Below the pieces are notes generated by a model. It did not search any database. It worked only from the letters and a program-made list of their open reading frames with translations, and was not told the origin of the DNA. From assembly GCA_002269645.1 (NCBI GenBank), contig NIVC01001580.1:1-64000 (forward strand): a DNA stretch of 64,000 nt. The letters run 5' to 3'. Source of the DNA: Macrostomum lignano (Eukaryota). Shown here in pieces: positions 38,442-52,207 of the stretch (its first letter is position 1; the number at the start of each line of letters is the position of its first letter). Both the position numbers and the translations under genes were made by a program.

Positions 38442-39135
38442 CTGATCATCCTGCACCGTCGCTCTCAGCTGAAAAACTGCAAAATTGTCATCTTCACCGG
38501 CATGATCAATCGGCTGAGCTGGCGTTACTCCCGGTTCCTGCAGGTGTACCAGACTGTGGCTCTGCTGTGCATCAGGAACAGCATCAGTTTGGAGGCCTTT
38601 CACCTACTTGGTCGCATGCAGATTTTTTCTGATGCCGCCTTCCGCATGTTTGCCTCGCAATCTGAGCTCAATAACTTTTGCTGCCGCTACTACCGTACGC
38701 TCGTGATCTGCCCGCTTCAGTTCGCGTTCTCTATCTCCTCTCCTTCTGCAGGTCGACCTCGCCCTCCGGAGACGCCGCCCGTCCCTCCGCTGTGTCCGCC
38801 GGACACCTGTGCCGCCTCGGCCTGGCGGAGAACTCCTGGCGATCCTACCTCAGCCAGCTGCGCTCCTTGGGAAGCCTTCTGTGCTAGCGCAGGCCGCCCT
38901 TCATCTCCACTGACCTCTTGTGCCGCTACATCGGGCACCTGCTGAGCACCTGGCTCCGTTCTTCTCCAGTCTCTGAGCCTGCGTCCACGCCGTCTCGTTT
39001 CTGCACCAAGTCACTAGCGCCCCTGACGCATCAAAAGTCTTCACCGTGCAGCTGGCTCTCCGCGGCGCCAAACGTCATCTGGGCGTGCTATGCAAACAGG
39101 CAAAGCCGCTGAGCATCGAGCGTCTCAAGAGCATG
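38442..39135 (+). mobile_element. Decayed DIRS-order retrotransposon, 3' part (rest of RNase H, N-terminal domain of tyrosine recombinase), truncated
   Basis: LLI|ILHRRSQLKNCKIVIFT resumes after TSD; RSYLSQL, LCRYIGHL, LALRGAKRHLG...KPLSIERL. Confidence 0.75.
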
Positions 39136-39490
39136 ACGTGGCCAGTCAGTCGGAAGTCGTCGCCCGCGAAGCAGGTCAGAAGGCCGCATCGGGCGCGCCT
39201 TTGCATAGAGCGCGGAAAGTGCGGCGTTGGTCTCGCTGCCTGGACCACTGCGCTCTCCGAACGTCGCACGCAGCGTCCAGCTGCATCTCAAAGGCATCCG
39301 TCAGGATCCAGGTCTCGGCGTTGTACAAAAAGACAGTCTCAACGACTGCCTGAACCAGCCGAGCCCTGTGTCGTCATCCAGGGCCTCAGAATAAAGCTCG
39401 GAGCGCACAGAACGAAACGCAGCCCAGGCCAGTCTTCGTCGTCTCGCCAGCAGGTCGTTGGCAATATCCGGCACCAGTGCCAGCACATTG
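39135..39490 (-). mobile_element. RTE-like LINE fragment (post-RT region)
   Basis: RRRRLAWAAFRSV...QAVVET-LYNAETWILTD...LRATFG...ETNAAL...SDLLRGRRLRLTGHV across frameshifts. Confidence 0.7.
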
Positions 39491-40224
39491 TTTAAAGTCA
39501 GCAAAATCCAAAAAGTCAACAAATGTTCCAGTGACAGTTGTTGCTTTTACAATCGTCGCATCTGAAATAGTGCTATAAAAACTGAGCCCATCGGAAAATT
39601 GTATACATAGAGTATATGGGATGCCATTTGCTCTACTCTGCCTCAGATAATTGACTGTAAGCATCATAGAACGTTGGTGATGTTGAAGTTAACCTAAATG
39701 TACTGATAAGAATACGTGCTTGAACAAGATTCAAAATATAACATTCTTTTTGTGCAAGGAATCGGAGGTGTTACCCCGAAAACGGCTTCTCTCTATTATC
39801 TAACGCTTTTTCCTTATTTAGAATTTCGAAATCGCACTGTGAGACACTGATTCTGTGCGGTTCTTCACTTTTTGCTTTGGAGTTGAAGAGTTAATGTACT
39901 TCAAGCACCAAATAGTTGGTTCAATTGATGAAAGTAAAAAAGTTTCATCAGTCGGTGCACTCGTAATTTTTATCGAAAATGTAAAAAAACTGCATCAATT
40001 TTTATATATAACAGATTTTATTTCCTTTTTGGACACTTATAAAGCTTTAATCTACAAGCTGCATGTAGAGTGGTGCTCGAAATAAAGATCGGTCTACCAA
40101 CTGCGATCGATTTTTATTCCGCATTTCTGTTCTGCGATCCGACATATCACATCTTAAGAAAGGACTGACAAATCTGACATCTGGACTGGCTTGTACTTCT
40201 GTGACTAAAACCTACTGCTTCCGC

Positions 40225-43200
40225 AAAGCAATGTACACTCGTGACTGGATGGTTGTTCACACAACAGCCTCTCTTCTCCAAAGCAATGTACACTCGTGAC
40301 TGGATGGTTGTTCACACAACAGCCTCTCTTCTCCAAAGCAATGTACACTCGTGACTGGATGGTTGTTCACACAACAGCCTCTCTTCTCCAAAGCAATGTA
40401 CACTCGTGACTGGATGGTTGTTCACACAACAGCCTCTCTTCTCCAAAGCAATGTACACTCGTGACTGGATCGTTGTTCACACATCAGCCTCTCTTCTCCA
40501 AAGCAATGTACACTCGTGACTGGATGGTTGTTCACACAACAGCCTCTCTTCTCCAAAGCAATGTACACTCGTGACTGGATCGTTGTTCACACAACAGCCT
40601 CTCTTCTCCAAAGCAATGTACACTCGTGACTGGATGGTTGTTCACACATCAGCCTCTCTTCTCCAAAGCAATGTACACTCGTGACTGGATGGTTGTTCAC
40701 ACATCAGCCTCTCTTCTCCAAAGCAATGTACACTCGTGACTGGATGGTTGTTCACACAACAGCCTCTCTTCTCCAAAGCAATGTACACTCGTGACTGGAT
40801 GGTTGTTCACACAACAGCCTCTCTTCTCCAAAGCAATGTACACTCGTGACTGGATGGTTGTTCACACAACAGCCTCTCTTCTCCAAAGCAATGTACACTC
40901 GTGACTGGATGGTTGTTCACACAACAGCCTCTCTTCTCCAAAGCAATGTACACTCGTGACTGGATGGTTGTTCACACAACAGCCTCTCTTCTCCAAAGCA
41001 ATGTACACTCGTGACTGGATGGTTGTTCACACATCAGCCTCTCTTCTCCAAAGCAATGTACACTCGTGACTGGATCGTTGTTCACACATCAGCCTCTCTT
41101 CTCCAAAGCAATGTACACTCGTGACTGGATCGTTGTTCACACATCAGCCTCTCTTCTCCAAAGCAATGTACACTCGTGACTGGATGGTTGTTCACACAAC
41201 AGCCTCTCTTCTCCAAAGCAATGTACACTCGTGACTGGATCGTTGTTCACACATCAGCCTCTCTTCTCCAAAGCAATGTACACTCGTGACTGGATGGTTG
41301 TTCACACAATAGCCTCTCTCTTCTCCAAAGCAATGTACACTCGTGACTGGATCGTTGTTCACACATCAGCCTCTCTTCTCCAAAGCAATGTACACTCGTG
41401 ACTGGATGGTTGTTCACACAACAGCCTCTCTTCTCCAAAGCAATGTACACTCGTGACTGGATGGTTGTTCACACAACAGCCTCTCTTCTCCAAAGCAATG
41501 TACACTCGTGACTGGATGGTTGTTCACACAACAGCCTCTCTTCTCCAAAGCAATGTACACTCGTGACTGGATGGTTGTTCACACATCAGCCTCTCTTCTC
41601 CAAAGCAATGTACACTCGTGACTGGATCGTTGTTCACACATCAGCCTCTCTTCTCCAAAGCAATGTACACTCGTGACTGGATGGTTGTTCACACATCAGC
41701 CTCTCTTCTCCAAAGCAATGTACACTCGTGACTGGATGGTTGTTCACACATCAGCCTCTCTTCTCCAAAGCAATGTACACTCGTGACTGGATGGTTGTTC
41801 ACACAACAGCCTCTCTTCTCCAAAGCAATGTACACTCGTGACTGGATGGTTGTTCACACAACAGCCTCTCTTCTCCAAAGCAATGTACACTCGTGACTGG
41901 ATCGTTGTTCACACATCAGCCTCTCTTCTCCAAAGCAATGTACACTCGTGACTGGATGGTTGTTCACACAACAGCCTCTCTTCTCCAAAGCAATGTACAC
42001 TCGTGACTGGATGGTTGTTCACACAACAGCCTCTCTTCTCCAAAGCAATGTACACTCGTGACTGGATGTTGTTCACACATCAGCCTCTCTTCTCCAAAGC
42101 AATGTACACTCGTGACTGGATGGTTGTTCACACAACAGCCTCTCTTCTCCAAAGCAATGTACACTCGTGACTGGATGGTTGTTCACACAACAGCCTCTCT
42201 TCTCCAAAGCAATGTACACTCGTGACTGGATGGTTGTTCACACAACAGCCTCTCTTCTCCAAAGCAATGTACACTCGTGACTGGATCGTTGTTCACACAA
42301 CAGCCTCTCTTCTCCAAAGCAATGTACACTCGTGACTGGATCGTTGTTCACACAACAGCCTCTCTTCTCCAAAGCAATGTACACTCGTGACTGGATGGTT
42401 GTTCACACAACAGCCTCTCTTCTCCAAAGCAATGTACACTCGTGACTGGATGGTTGTTCACACAACAGCCTCTCTTCTCCAAAGCAATGTACACTCGTGA
42501 CTGGATCGTTGTTCACACATCAGCCTCTCTTCTCCAAAGCAATGTACACTCGTGACTGGATGGTTGTTCACACAACAGCCTCTCTTCTCCAAAGCAATGT
42601 ACACTCGTGACTGGATGGTTGTTCACACAACAGCCTCTCTTCTCCAAAGCAATGTACACTCGTGACTGGATCGTTGTTCACACATCAGCCTCTCTTCTCC
42701 AAAGCAATGTACACTCGTGACTGGATCGTTGTTCACACATCAGCCTCTCTTCTCCAAAGCAATGTACACTCGTGACTGGATGGTTGTTCACACATCAGCC
42801 TCTCTTCTCCAAAGCAATGTACACTCGTGACTGGATGTTGTTCACACATCAGCCTCTCTTCTCCAAAGCAATGTACACTCGTGACTGGATGGTTGTTCAC
42901 ACAACAGCCTCTCTTCTCCAAAGCAATGTACACTCGTGACTGGATGGTTGTTCACACAACAGCCTCTCTTCTCCAAAGCAATGTACACTCGTGACTGGAT
43001 GGTTGTTCACACAACAGCCTCTCTTCTCCAAAGCAATGTACACTCGTGACTGGATGGTTGTTCACACAACAGCCTCTCTTCTCCAAAGCAATGTACACTC
43101 GTGACTGGATGGTTGTTCACACAACAGCCTCTCTTCTCCAAAGCAATGTACACTCGTGACTGGATGGTTGTTCACACAACAGCCTCTCTTCTCCAAAGCA

Positions 43201-46200
43201 ATGTACACTCGTGACTGGATGTTGTTCACACATCAGCCTCTCTTCTCCAAAGCAATGTACACTCGTGACTGGATGGTTGTTCACACATCAGCCTCTCTTC
43301 TCCAAAGCAATGTACACTCGTGACTGGATGGTTGTTCACACATCAGCCTCTCTTCTCCAAAGCAATGTACACTCGTGACTGGATGGTTGTTCACACAACA
43401 GCCTCTCTTCTCCAAAGCAATGTACACTCGTGACTGGATGGTTGTTCACACATCAGCCTCTCTTCTCCAAAGCAATGTACACTCGTGACTGGATGGTTGT
43501 TCACACAACAGCCTCTCTTCTCCAAAGCAATGTACACTCGTGACTGGATGGTTGTTCACACAACAGCCTCTCTTCTCCAAAGCAATGTACACTCGTGACT
43601 GGATGGTTGTTCACACAACAGCCTCTCTTCTCCAAAGCAATGTACACTCGTGACTGGATGGTTGTTCACACAACAGCCTCTCTTCTCCAAAGCAATGTAC
43701 ACTCGTGACTGGATGGTTGTTCACACAACAGCCTCTCTTCTCCAAAGCAATGTACACTCGTGACTGGATGGTTGTTCACACAACAGCCTCTCTTCTCCAA
43801 AGCAATGTACACTCGTGACTGGATGGTTGTTCACACAACAGCCTCTCTTCTCCAAAGCAATGTACACTCGTGACTGGATGGTTGTTCACACAACAGCCTC
43901 TCTTCTCCAAAGCAATGTACACTCGTGACTGGATGGTTGTTCACACAACAGCCTCTCTTCTCCAAAGCAATGTACACTCGTGACTGGATGGTTGTTCACA
44001 CAACAGCCTCTCTTCTCCAAAGCAATGTACACTCGTGACTGGATGGTTGTTCACACAACAGCCTCTCTTCTCCAAAGCAATGTACACTCGTGACTGGATG
44101 GTTGTTCACACATCAGCCTCTCTTCTCCAAAGCAATGTACACTCGTGACTGGATGTTGTTCACACATCAGCCTCTCTTCTCCAAAGCAATGTACACTCGT
44201 GACTGGATGGTTGTTCACACATCAGCCTCTCTTCTCCAAAGCAATGTACACTCGTGACTGGATGTTGTTCACACATCAGCCTCTCTTCTCCAAAGCAATG
44301 TACACTCGTGACTGGATGGTTGTTCACACAACAGCCTCTCTTCTCCAAAGCAATGTACACTCGTGACTGGATGGTTGTTCACACAACAGCCTCTCTTCTC
44401 CAAAGCAATGTACACTCGTGACTGGATGGTTGTTCACACAACAGCCTCTCTTCTCCAAAGCAATGTACACTCGTGACTGGATGGTTGTTCACACAACAGC
44501 CTCTCTTCTCCAAAGCAATGTACACTCGTGACTGGATGGTTGTTCACACAACAGCCTCTCTTCTCCAAAGCAATGTACACTCGTGACTGGATGGTTGTTC
44601 ACACATCAGCCTCTCTTCTCCAAAGCAATGTACACTCGTGACTGGATGGTTGTTCACACATCAGCCTCTCTTCTCCAAAGCAATGTACACTCGTGACTGG
44701 ATGGTTGTTCACACATCAGCCTCTCTTCTCCAAAGCAATGTACACTCGTGACTGGATGGTTGTTCACACAACAGCCTCTCTTCTCCAAAGCAATGTACAC
44801 TCGTGACTGGATGGTTGTTCACACATCAGCCTCTCTTCTCCAAAGCAATGTACACTCGTGACTGGATGGTTGTTCACACAACAGCCTCTCTTCTCCAAAG
44901 CAATGTACACTCGTGACTGGATGGTTGTTCACACAACAGCCTCTCTTCTCCAAAGCAATGTACACTCGTGACTGGATGGTTGTTCACACAACAGCCTCTC
45001 TTCTCCAAAGCAATGTACACTCGTGACTGGATGGTTGTTCACACAACAGCCTCTCTTCTCCAAAGCAATGTACACTCGTGACTGGATGGTTGTTCACACA
45101 ACAGCCTCTCTTCTCCAAAGCAATGTACACTCGTGACTGGATGGTTGTTCACACAACAGCCTCTCTTCTCCAAAGCAATGTACACTCGTGACTGGATGTT
45201 GTTCACACATCAGCCTCTCTTCTCCAAAGCAATGTACACTCGTGACTGGATGGTTGTTCACACATCAGCCTCTCTTCTCCAAAGCAATGTACACTCGTGA
45301 CTGGATGGTTGTTCACACATCAGCCTCTCTTCTCCAAAGCAATGTACACTCGTGACTGGATGGTTGTTCACACAACAGCCTCTCTTCTCCAAAGCAATGT
45401 ACACTCGTGACTGGATGGTTGTTCACACATCAGCCTCTCTTCTCCAAAGCAATGTACACTCGTGACTGGATGTTGTTCACACAACAGCCTCTCTTCTCCA
45501 AAGCAATGTACACTCGTGACTGGATGGTTGTTCACACAACAGCCTCTCTTCTCCAAAGCAATGTACACTCGTGACTGGATGGTTGTTCACACAACAGCCT
45601 CTCTTCTCCAAAGCAATGTACACTCGTGACTGGATGGTTGTTCACACAACAGCCTCTCTTCTCCAAAGCAATGTACACTCGTGACTGGATGGTTGTTCAC
45701 ACAACAGCCTCTCTTCTCCAAAGCAATGTACACTCGTGACTGGATGGTTGTTCACACAACAGCCTCTCTTCTCCAAAGCAATGTACACTCGTGACTGGAT
45801 GGTTGTTCACACAACAGCCTCTCTTCTCCAAAGCAATGTACACTCGTGACTGGATGGTTGTTCACACAACAGCCTCTCTTCTCCAAAGCAATGTACACTC
45901 GTGACTGGATGGTTGTTCACACAACAGCCTCTCTTCTCCAAAGCAATGTACACTCGTGACTGGATGGTTGTTCACACATCAGCCTCTCTTCTCCAAAGCA
46001 ATGTACACTCGTGACTGGATGGTTGTTCACACAACAGCCTCTCTTCTCCAAAGCAATGTACACTCGTGACTGGATGGTTGTTCACACATCAGCCTCTCTT
46101 CTCCAAAGCAATGTACACTCGTGACTGGATGGTTGTTCACACAACAGCCTCTCTTCTCCAAAGCAATGTACACTCGTGACTGGATGGTTGTTCACACAAC

Positions 46201-49200
46201 AGCCTCTCTTCTCCAAAGCAATGTACACTCGTGACTGGATGGTTGTTCACACATCAGCCTCTCTTCTCCAAAGCAATGTACACTCGTGACTGGATGTTGT
46301 TCACACATCAGCCTCTCTTCTCCAAAGCAATGTACACTCGTGACTGGATGGTTGTTCACACATCAGCCTCTCTTCTCCAAAGCAATGTACACTCGTGACT
46401 GGATGGTTGTTCACACAACAGCCTCTCTTCTCCAAAGCAATGTACACTCGTGACTGGATGGTTGTTCACACAACAGCCTCTCTTCTCCAAAGCAATGTAC
46501 ACTCGTGACTGGATGGTTGTTCACACAACAGCCTCTCTTCTCCAAAGCAATGTACACTCGTGACTGGATGGTTGTTCACACAACAGCCTCTCTTCTCCAA
46601 AGCAATGTACACTCGTGACTGGATGGTTGTTCACACATCAGCCTCTCTTCTCCAAAGCAATGTACACTCGTGACTGGATGGTTGTTCACACATCAGCCTC
46701 TCTTCTCCAAAGCAATGTACACTCGTGACTGGATGGTTGTTCACACAACAGCCTCTCTTCTCCAAAGCAATGTACACTCGTGACTGGATGGTTGTTCACA
46801 CATCAGCCTCTCTTCTCCAAAGCAATGTACACTCGTGACTGGATGGTTGTTCACACAACAGCCTCTCTTCTCCAAAGCAATGTACACTCGTGACTGGATG
46901 GTTGTTCACACAACAGCCTCTCTTCTCCAAAGCAATGTACACTCGTGACTGGATGTTGTTCACACATCAGCCTCTCTTCTCCAAAGCAATGTACACTCGT
47001 GACTGGATGGTTGTTCACACAACAGCCTCTCTTCTCCAAAGCAATGTACACTCGTGACTGGATCGTTGTTCACACATCAGCCTCTCTTCTCCAAAGCAAT
47101 GTACACTCGTGACTGGATGGTTGTTCACACAACAGCCTCTCTTCTCCAAAGCAATGTACACTCGTGACTGGATGGTTGTTCACACATCAGCCTCTCTTCT
47201 CCAAAGCAATGTACACTCGTGACTGGATGGTTGTTCACACATCAGCCTCTCTTCTCCAAAGCAATGTACACTCGTGACTGGATGGTTGTTCACACAACAG
47301 CCTCTCTTCTCCAAAGCAATGTACACTCGTGACTGGATGGTTGTTCACACATCAGCCTCTCTTCTCCAAAGCAATGTACACTCGTGACTGGATGGTTGTT
47401 CACACATCAGCCTCTCTTCTCCAAAGCAATGTACACTCGTGACTGGATGGTTGTTCACACATCAGCCTCTCTTCTCCAAAGCAATGTACACTCGTGACTG
47501 GATGGTTGTTCACACAACAGCCTCTCTTCTCCAAAGCAATGTACACTCGTGACTGGATGGTTGTTCACACATCAGCCTCTCTTCTCCAAAGCAATGTACA
47601 CTCGTGACTGGATGGTTGTTCACACAACAGCCTCTCTTCTCCAAAGCAATGTACACTCGTGACTGGATGGTTGTTCACACATCAGCCTCTCTTCTCCAAA
47701 GCAATGTACACTCGTGACTGGATGGTTGTTCACACAACAGCCTCTCTTCTCCAAAGCAATGTACACTCGTGACTGGATGGTTGTTCACACATCAGCCTCT
47801 CTTCTCCAAAGCAATGTACACTCGTGACTGGATGGTTGTTCACACATCAGCCTCTCTTCTCCAAAGCAATGTACACTCGTGACTGGATGGTTGTTCACAC
47901 ATCAGCCTCTCTTCTCCAAAGCAATGTACACTCGTGACTGGATGGTTGTTCACACATCAGCCTCTCTTCTCCAAAGCAATGTACACTCGTGACTGGATGG
48001 TTGTTCACACAACAGCCTCTCTTCTCCAAAGCAATGTACACTCGTGACTGGATCGTTGTTCACACATCAGCCTCTTTTCTCCAAAGCAATGTACACTCGT
48101 GACTGGATGGTTGTTCACACATCAGCCTCTCTTCTCCAAAGCAATGTACACTCGTGACTGGATGGTTGTTCACACATCAGCCTCTCTTCTCCAAAGCAAT
48201 GTACACTCGTGACTGGATCGTTGTTCACACAACAGCCTCTCTTCTCCAAAGCAATGTACACTCGTGACTGGATCGTTGTTCACACATCAGCCTCTCTTCT
48301 CCAAAGCAATGTACACTCGTGACTGGATGGTTGTTCACACATCAGCCTCTCTTCTCCAAAGCAATGTACACTCGTGACTGGATGGTTGTTCACACAACAG
48401 CCTCTCTTCTCCAAAGCAATGTACACTCGTGACTGGATGGTTGTTCACACATCAGCCTCTCTTCTCCAAAGCAATGTACACTCGTGACTGGATCGTTGTT
48501 CACACAATAGCCTCTCTCTTCTCCAAAGCAATGTACACTCGTGACTGGATGGTTGTTCACACAACAGCCTCTCTTCTCCAAAGCAATGTACACTCGTGAC
48601 TGGATGGTTGTTCACACAACAGCCTCTCTTCTCCAAAGCAATGTACACTCGTGACTGGATGGTTGTTCACACAACAGCCTCTCTTCTCCAAAGCAATGTA
48701 CACTCGTGACTGGATGGTTGTTCACACAACAGCCTCTCTTCTCCAAAGCAATGTACACTCGTGACTGGATGGTTGTTCACACAACAGCCTCTCTTCTCCA
48801 AAGCAATGTACACTCGTGACTGGATGGTTGTTCACACAACAGCCTCTCTTCTCCAAAGCAATGTACACTCGTGACTGGATGGTTGTTCACACAACAGCCT
48901 CTCTTCTCCAAAGCAATGTACACTCGTACTGGATGGTTGTTCACACAACAGCCTCTCTTCTCCAAAGCAATGTACACTCGTGACTGGATGGTTGTTCACA
49001 CATCAGCCTCTCTTCTCCAAAGCAATGTACACTCGTGACTGGATGGTTGTTCACACAACAGCCTCTCTTCTCCAAAGCAATGTACACTCGTGACTGGATC
49101 GTTGTTCACACATCAGCCTCTCTTCTCCAAAGCAATGTACACTCGTGACTGGATCGTTGTTCACACATCAGCCTCTCTTCTCCAAAGCAATGTACACTCG

Positions 49201-49740
49201 TGACTGGATGGTTGTTCACACATCAGCCTCTCTTCTCCAAAGCAATGTACACTCGTGACTGGATCGTTGTTCACACATCAGCCTCTCTTCTCCAAAGCAA
49301 TGTACACTCGTGACTGGATGGTTGTTCACACAACAGCCTCTCTTCTCCAAAGCAATGTACACTCGTGACTGGATGGTTGTTCACACAACAGCCTCTCTTC
49401 TCCAAAGCAATGTACACTCGTGACTGGATGGTTGTTCACACAACAGCCTCTCTTCTCCAAAGCAATGTACACTCGTGACTGGATGGTTGTTCACACAACA
49501 GCCTCTCTTCTCCAAAGCAATGTACACTCGTGACTGGATGGTTGTTCACACAACAGCCTCTCTTCTCCAAAGCAATGTACACTCGTGACTGGATGGTTGT
49601 TCACACATCAGCCTCTCTTCTCCAAAGCAATGTACACTCGTGACTGGATGGTTGTTCACACAACAGCCTCTCTTCTCCAAAGCAATGTACACTCGTGACT
49701 GGATCGTTGTTCACACCCCAGCCTCTCTTCTCTAAGACAA
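40225..49740. repeat. 55-bp satellite array 1, about 173 units (AAAGCAATGTACACTCGTGACTGGAT(G/C)GTTGTTCACACA(A/T)CAGCCTCTCTTCTCC)
   Basis: Direct; no spacers. Confidence 0.99.
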
Positions 49741-50302
49741 TTGGCACTCATCAGCTAAGACGGTCGGTCCTAAAGAATATCAATAAATAAATAAATAAAT
49801 ATCGTGTCAGATTTAACATAGTTAGCATCATTGGAAGAAGCAGTTTTTGAATTAAGTCGAGCTGAAGTGAGCTCTAAAGTATTAATTAACTCGTGAAAAA
49901 AAGTGTGCAAAACATTACAACCACTTATAGGGTACATAAATATGCGTTGTTAGGCTGCTATAATTGCTATGCATATGTTTAACAAGTTGGTCGAACACGA
50001 AGACTGCAATAACGTTAGAGAAGGAAAAATTGGGATCGCTAGAAAAAAAACGCCTGGACAAAACTGGGATGGGATAAAAATCCCCTCAGACCCTGCGTGT
50101 GTCAGCCCCGGTGTCAGTCACCCTTGATGAGGGAGCCGATGGAGCCTGGGATGCGCTGGCCCACGAGAGGGAGAGCAGACGCCTTCCAGATCTCCGATGA
50201 AAAGGGGAACGCCTTTCATTAGAACTAGCGAGATGCAGTAATAATTGCTGCTAGCAATGCATTGCTTTGCAGGTGAGTCACGCAGCCTTAAAGCAAATGG
50301 CA

Positions 50303-50459
50303 TCACCGATGTTGTTGCATCAGGGAGGCTGGCTGCATGCAGCTCCGATTCACGAACTCCACTATTGATTTGGCGGATGAGTCGAGGTTGCCGCCCAGCA
50401 CCAGACACGCGTTTTGATCTCCGTAGAAACCGTACTTCTTGACCAGCAGACCGAACAAG
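50303..50459 (-). pseudogene. Isolated extra copy of tensin-like terminal (PTB C-terminal) exon
   Basis: 49740-50637 nearly identical to 55040-55941; upstream exons replaced by the 273-bp array. Confidence 0.8.
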
Positions 50460-50636
50460 CTGAAGCAAAACGATGGAGACTCGTGCAGGGTCTTTGATTT
50501 TACAATTAGCTCTATGCAGATCCGATTATATTGTAATATTACTCGTTCAGTAGGCCTACCTTGATACAGTTTGTGTTCCAACAGTATCAGAATACCTATA
50601 AATTAATAAAATGGTAACGTAACAAATGCATACCGA

Positions 50637-50728
<92 letters not shown>
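50637..50728. repeat. (GATA)n, about 23 units
   Basis: Direct. Confidence 0.98.
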
Positions 50729-52196
50729 TAGATAGCGAGAAAGAGCGAGCGAAGCGAGCTCTTTCGAGCTTGCTTGCCGCAGCCAATCAAGCTGAAAGCA
50801 CGCACACAAGATCACCGGAAACGATTAAGGCAGCTGGAAAGCCAATGGGCGCGGTAAGCGCTTTTATCCAGAGGAACTACCTGCTGGAACCAGCCATGCC
50901 GAACGAAAATCAGACTACTCAAGTAGTGCAAAAGAGTACGTGCAACTACCGAGAAATCTAATTTTCGTAACCGCTCCGGTGCAGGTCCTGGCTATAGATA
51001 GTAGATAGCGAGAAAGAGCGAGCGAAGCGAGCTCTTTCGAGCTTGCTTGCCGCAGCCAATCAAGCTGAAAGCACGCACACAAGATCACCGGAAACGATTA
51101 AGGCAGCTGGAAAGCCAATGGGCGCGGTAAGCGCTTTTATCCAGAGGAACTACCTGCTGGAACCAGCCATGCCGAACGAAAATCAGACTACTCAAGTAGT
51201 GCAAAAGAGTACGTGCAACTACCGAGAAATCTAATTTTCGTAACCGCTCCGGTGCAGGTCCTGGCTATAGATAGTAGATAGCGAGAAAGAGCGAGCGAAG
51301 CGAGCTCTTTCGAGCTTGCTTGCCGCAGCCAATCAAGCTGAAAGCACGCACACAAGATCACCGGAAACGATTAAGGCAGCTGGAAAGCCAATGGGCGCGG
51401 TAAGCGCTTTTATCCAGAGGAACTACCTGCTGGAACCAGCCATGCCGAACGAAAATCAGACTACTCAAGTAGTGCAAAAGAGTACGTGCAACTACCGAGA
51501 AATCTAATTTTCGTAACCGCTCCGGTGCAGGTCCTGGCTATAGATAGTAGATAGCGAGAAAGAGCGAGCGAAGCGAGCTCTTTCGAGCTTGCTTGCCGCA
51601 GCCAATCAAGCTGAAAGCACGCACACAAGATCACCGGAAACGATTAAGGCAGCTGGAAAGCCAATGGGCGCGGTAAGCGCTTTTATCCAGAGGAACTACC
51701 TGCTGGAACCAGCCATGCCGAACGAAAATCAGACTACTCAAGTAGTGCAAAAGAGTACGTGCAACTACCGAGAAATCTAATTTTCGTAACCGCTCCGGTG
51801 CAGGTCCTGGCTATAGATAGTAGATAGCGAGAAAGAGCGAGCGAAGCGAGCTCTTTCGAGCTTGCTTGCCGCAGCCAATCAAGCTGAAAGCACGCACACA
51901 AGATCACCGGAAACGATTAAGGCAGCTGGAAAGCCAATGGGCACGGTAAGCGCTTTTATCCAGAGGAACTACCTGCTGGAACCAGCCATGCCGAACGAAA
52001 ATCAGACTACTCAAGTAGTGCAAAAGAGTACGTGCAACTACCGAGAAATCTAATTTTCGTAACCGCTCCGGTGCAGGTCCTGGCTATAGATAGTAGATAG
52101 CGAGAAAGAGCGAGCGAAGCGAGCTCTTTCGAGCTTGCTTGCCGCAGCCAATCAAGCTGAAAGCACGCACACAAGATCACCGGAAACGATTAAGGC
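50721..52196. repeat. 273-bp tandem array, 5 full units plus partial
   Basis: Identical ORFs at 50770, 51043, 51316, 51589, 51862, 52135; one visible SNP (unit 5). Confidence 0.98.
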
Positions 52197-52207
52197 TCAA
52201 CGATTAA

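Noticed and set aside
41247-48977. MYIALEKRGCC... ORFs
   Set aside because: Chance read-throughs of the satellite created by 1-nt deletion variants.
50770-52053. 63-aa ORF repeated in each 273-bp unit
   Set aside because: TTG start, no recognisable domain; identity reflects recent tandem copying, not selection.
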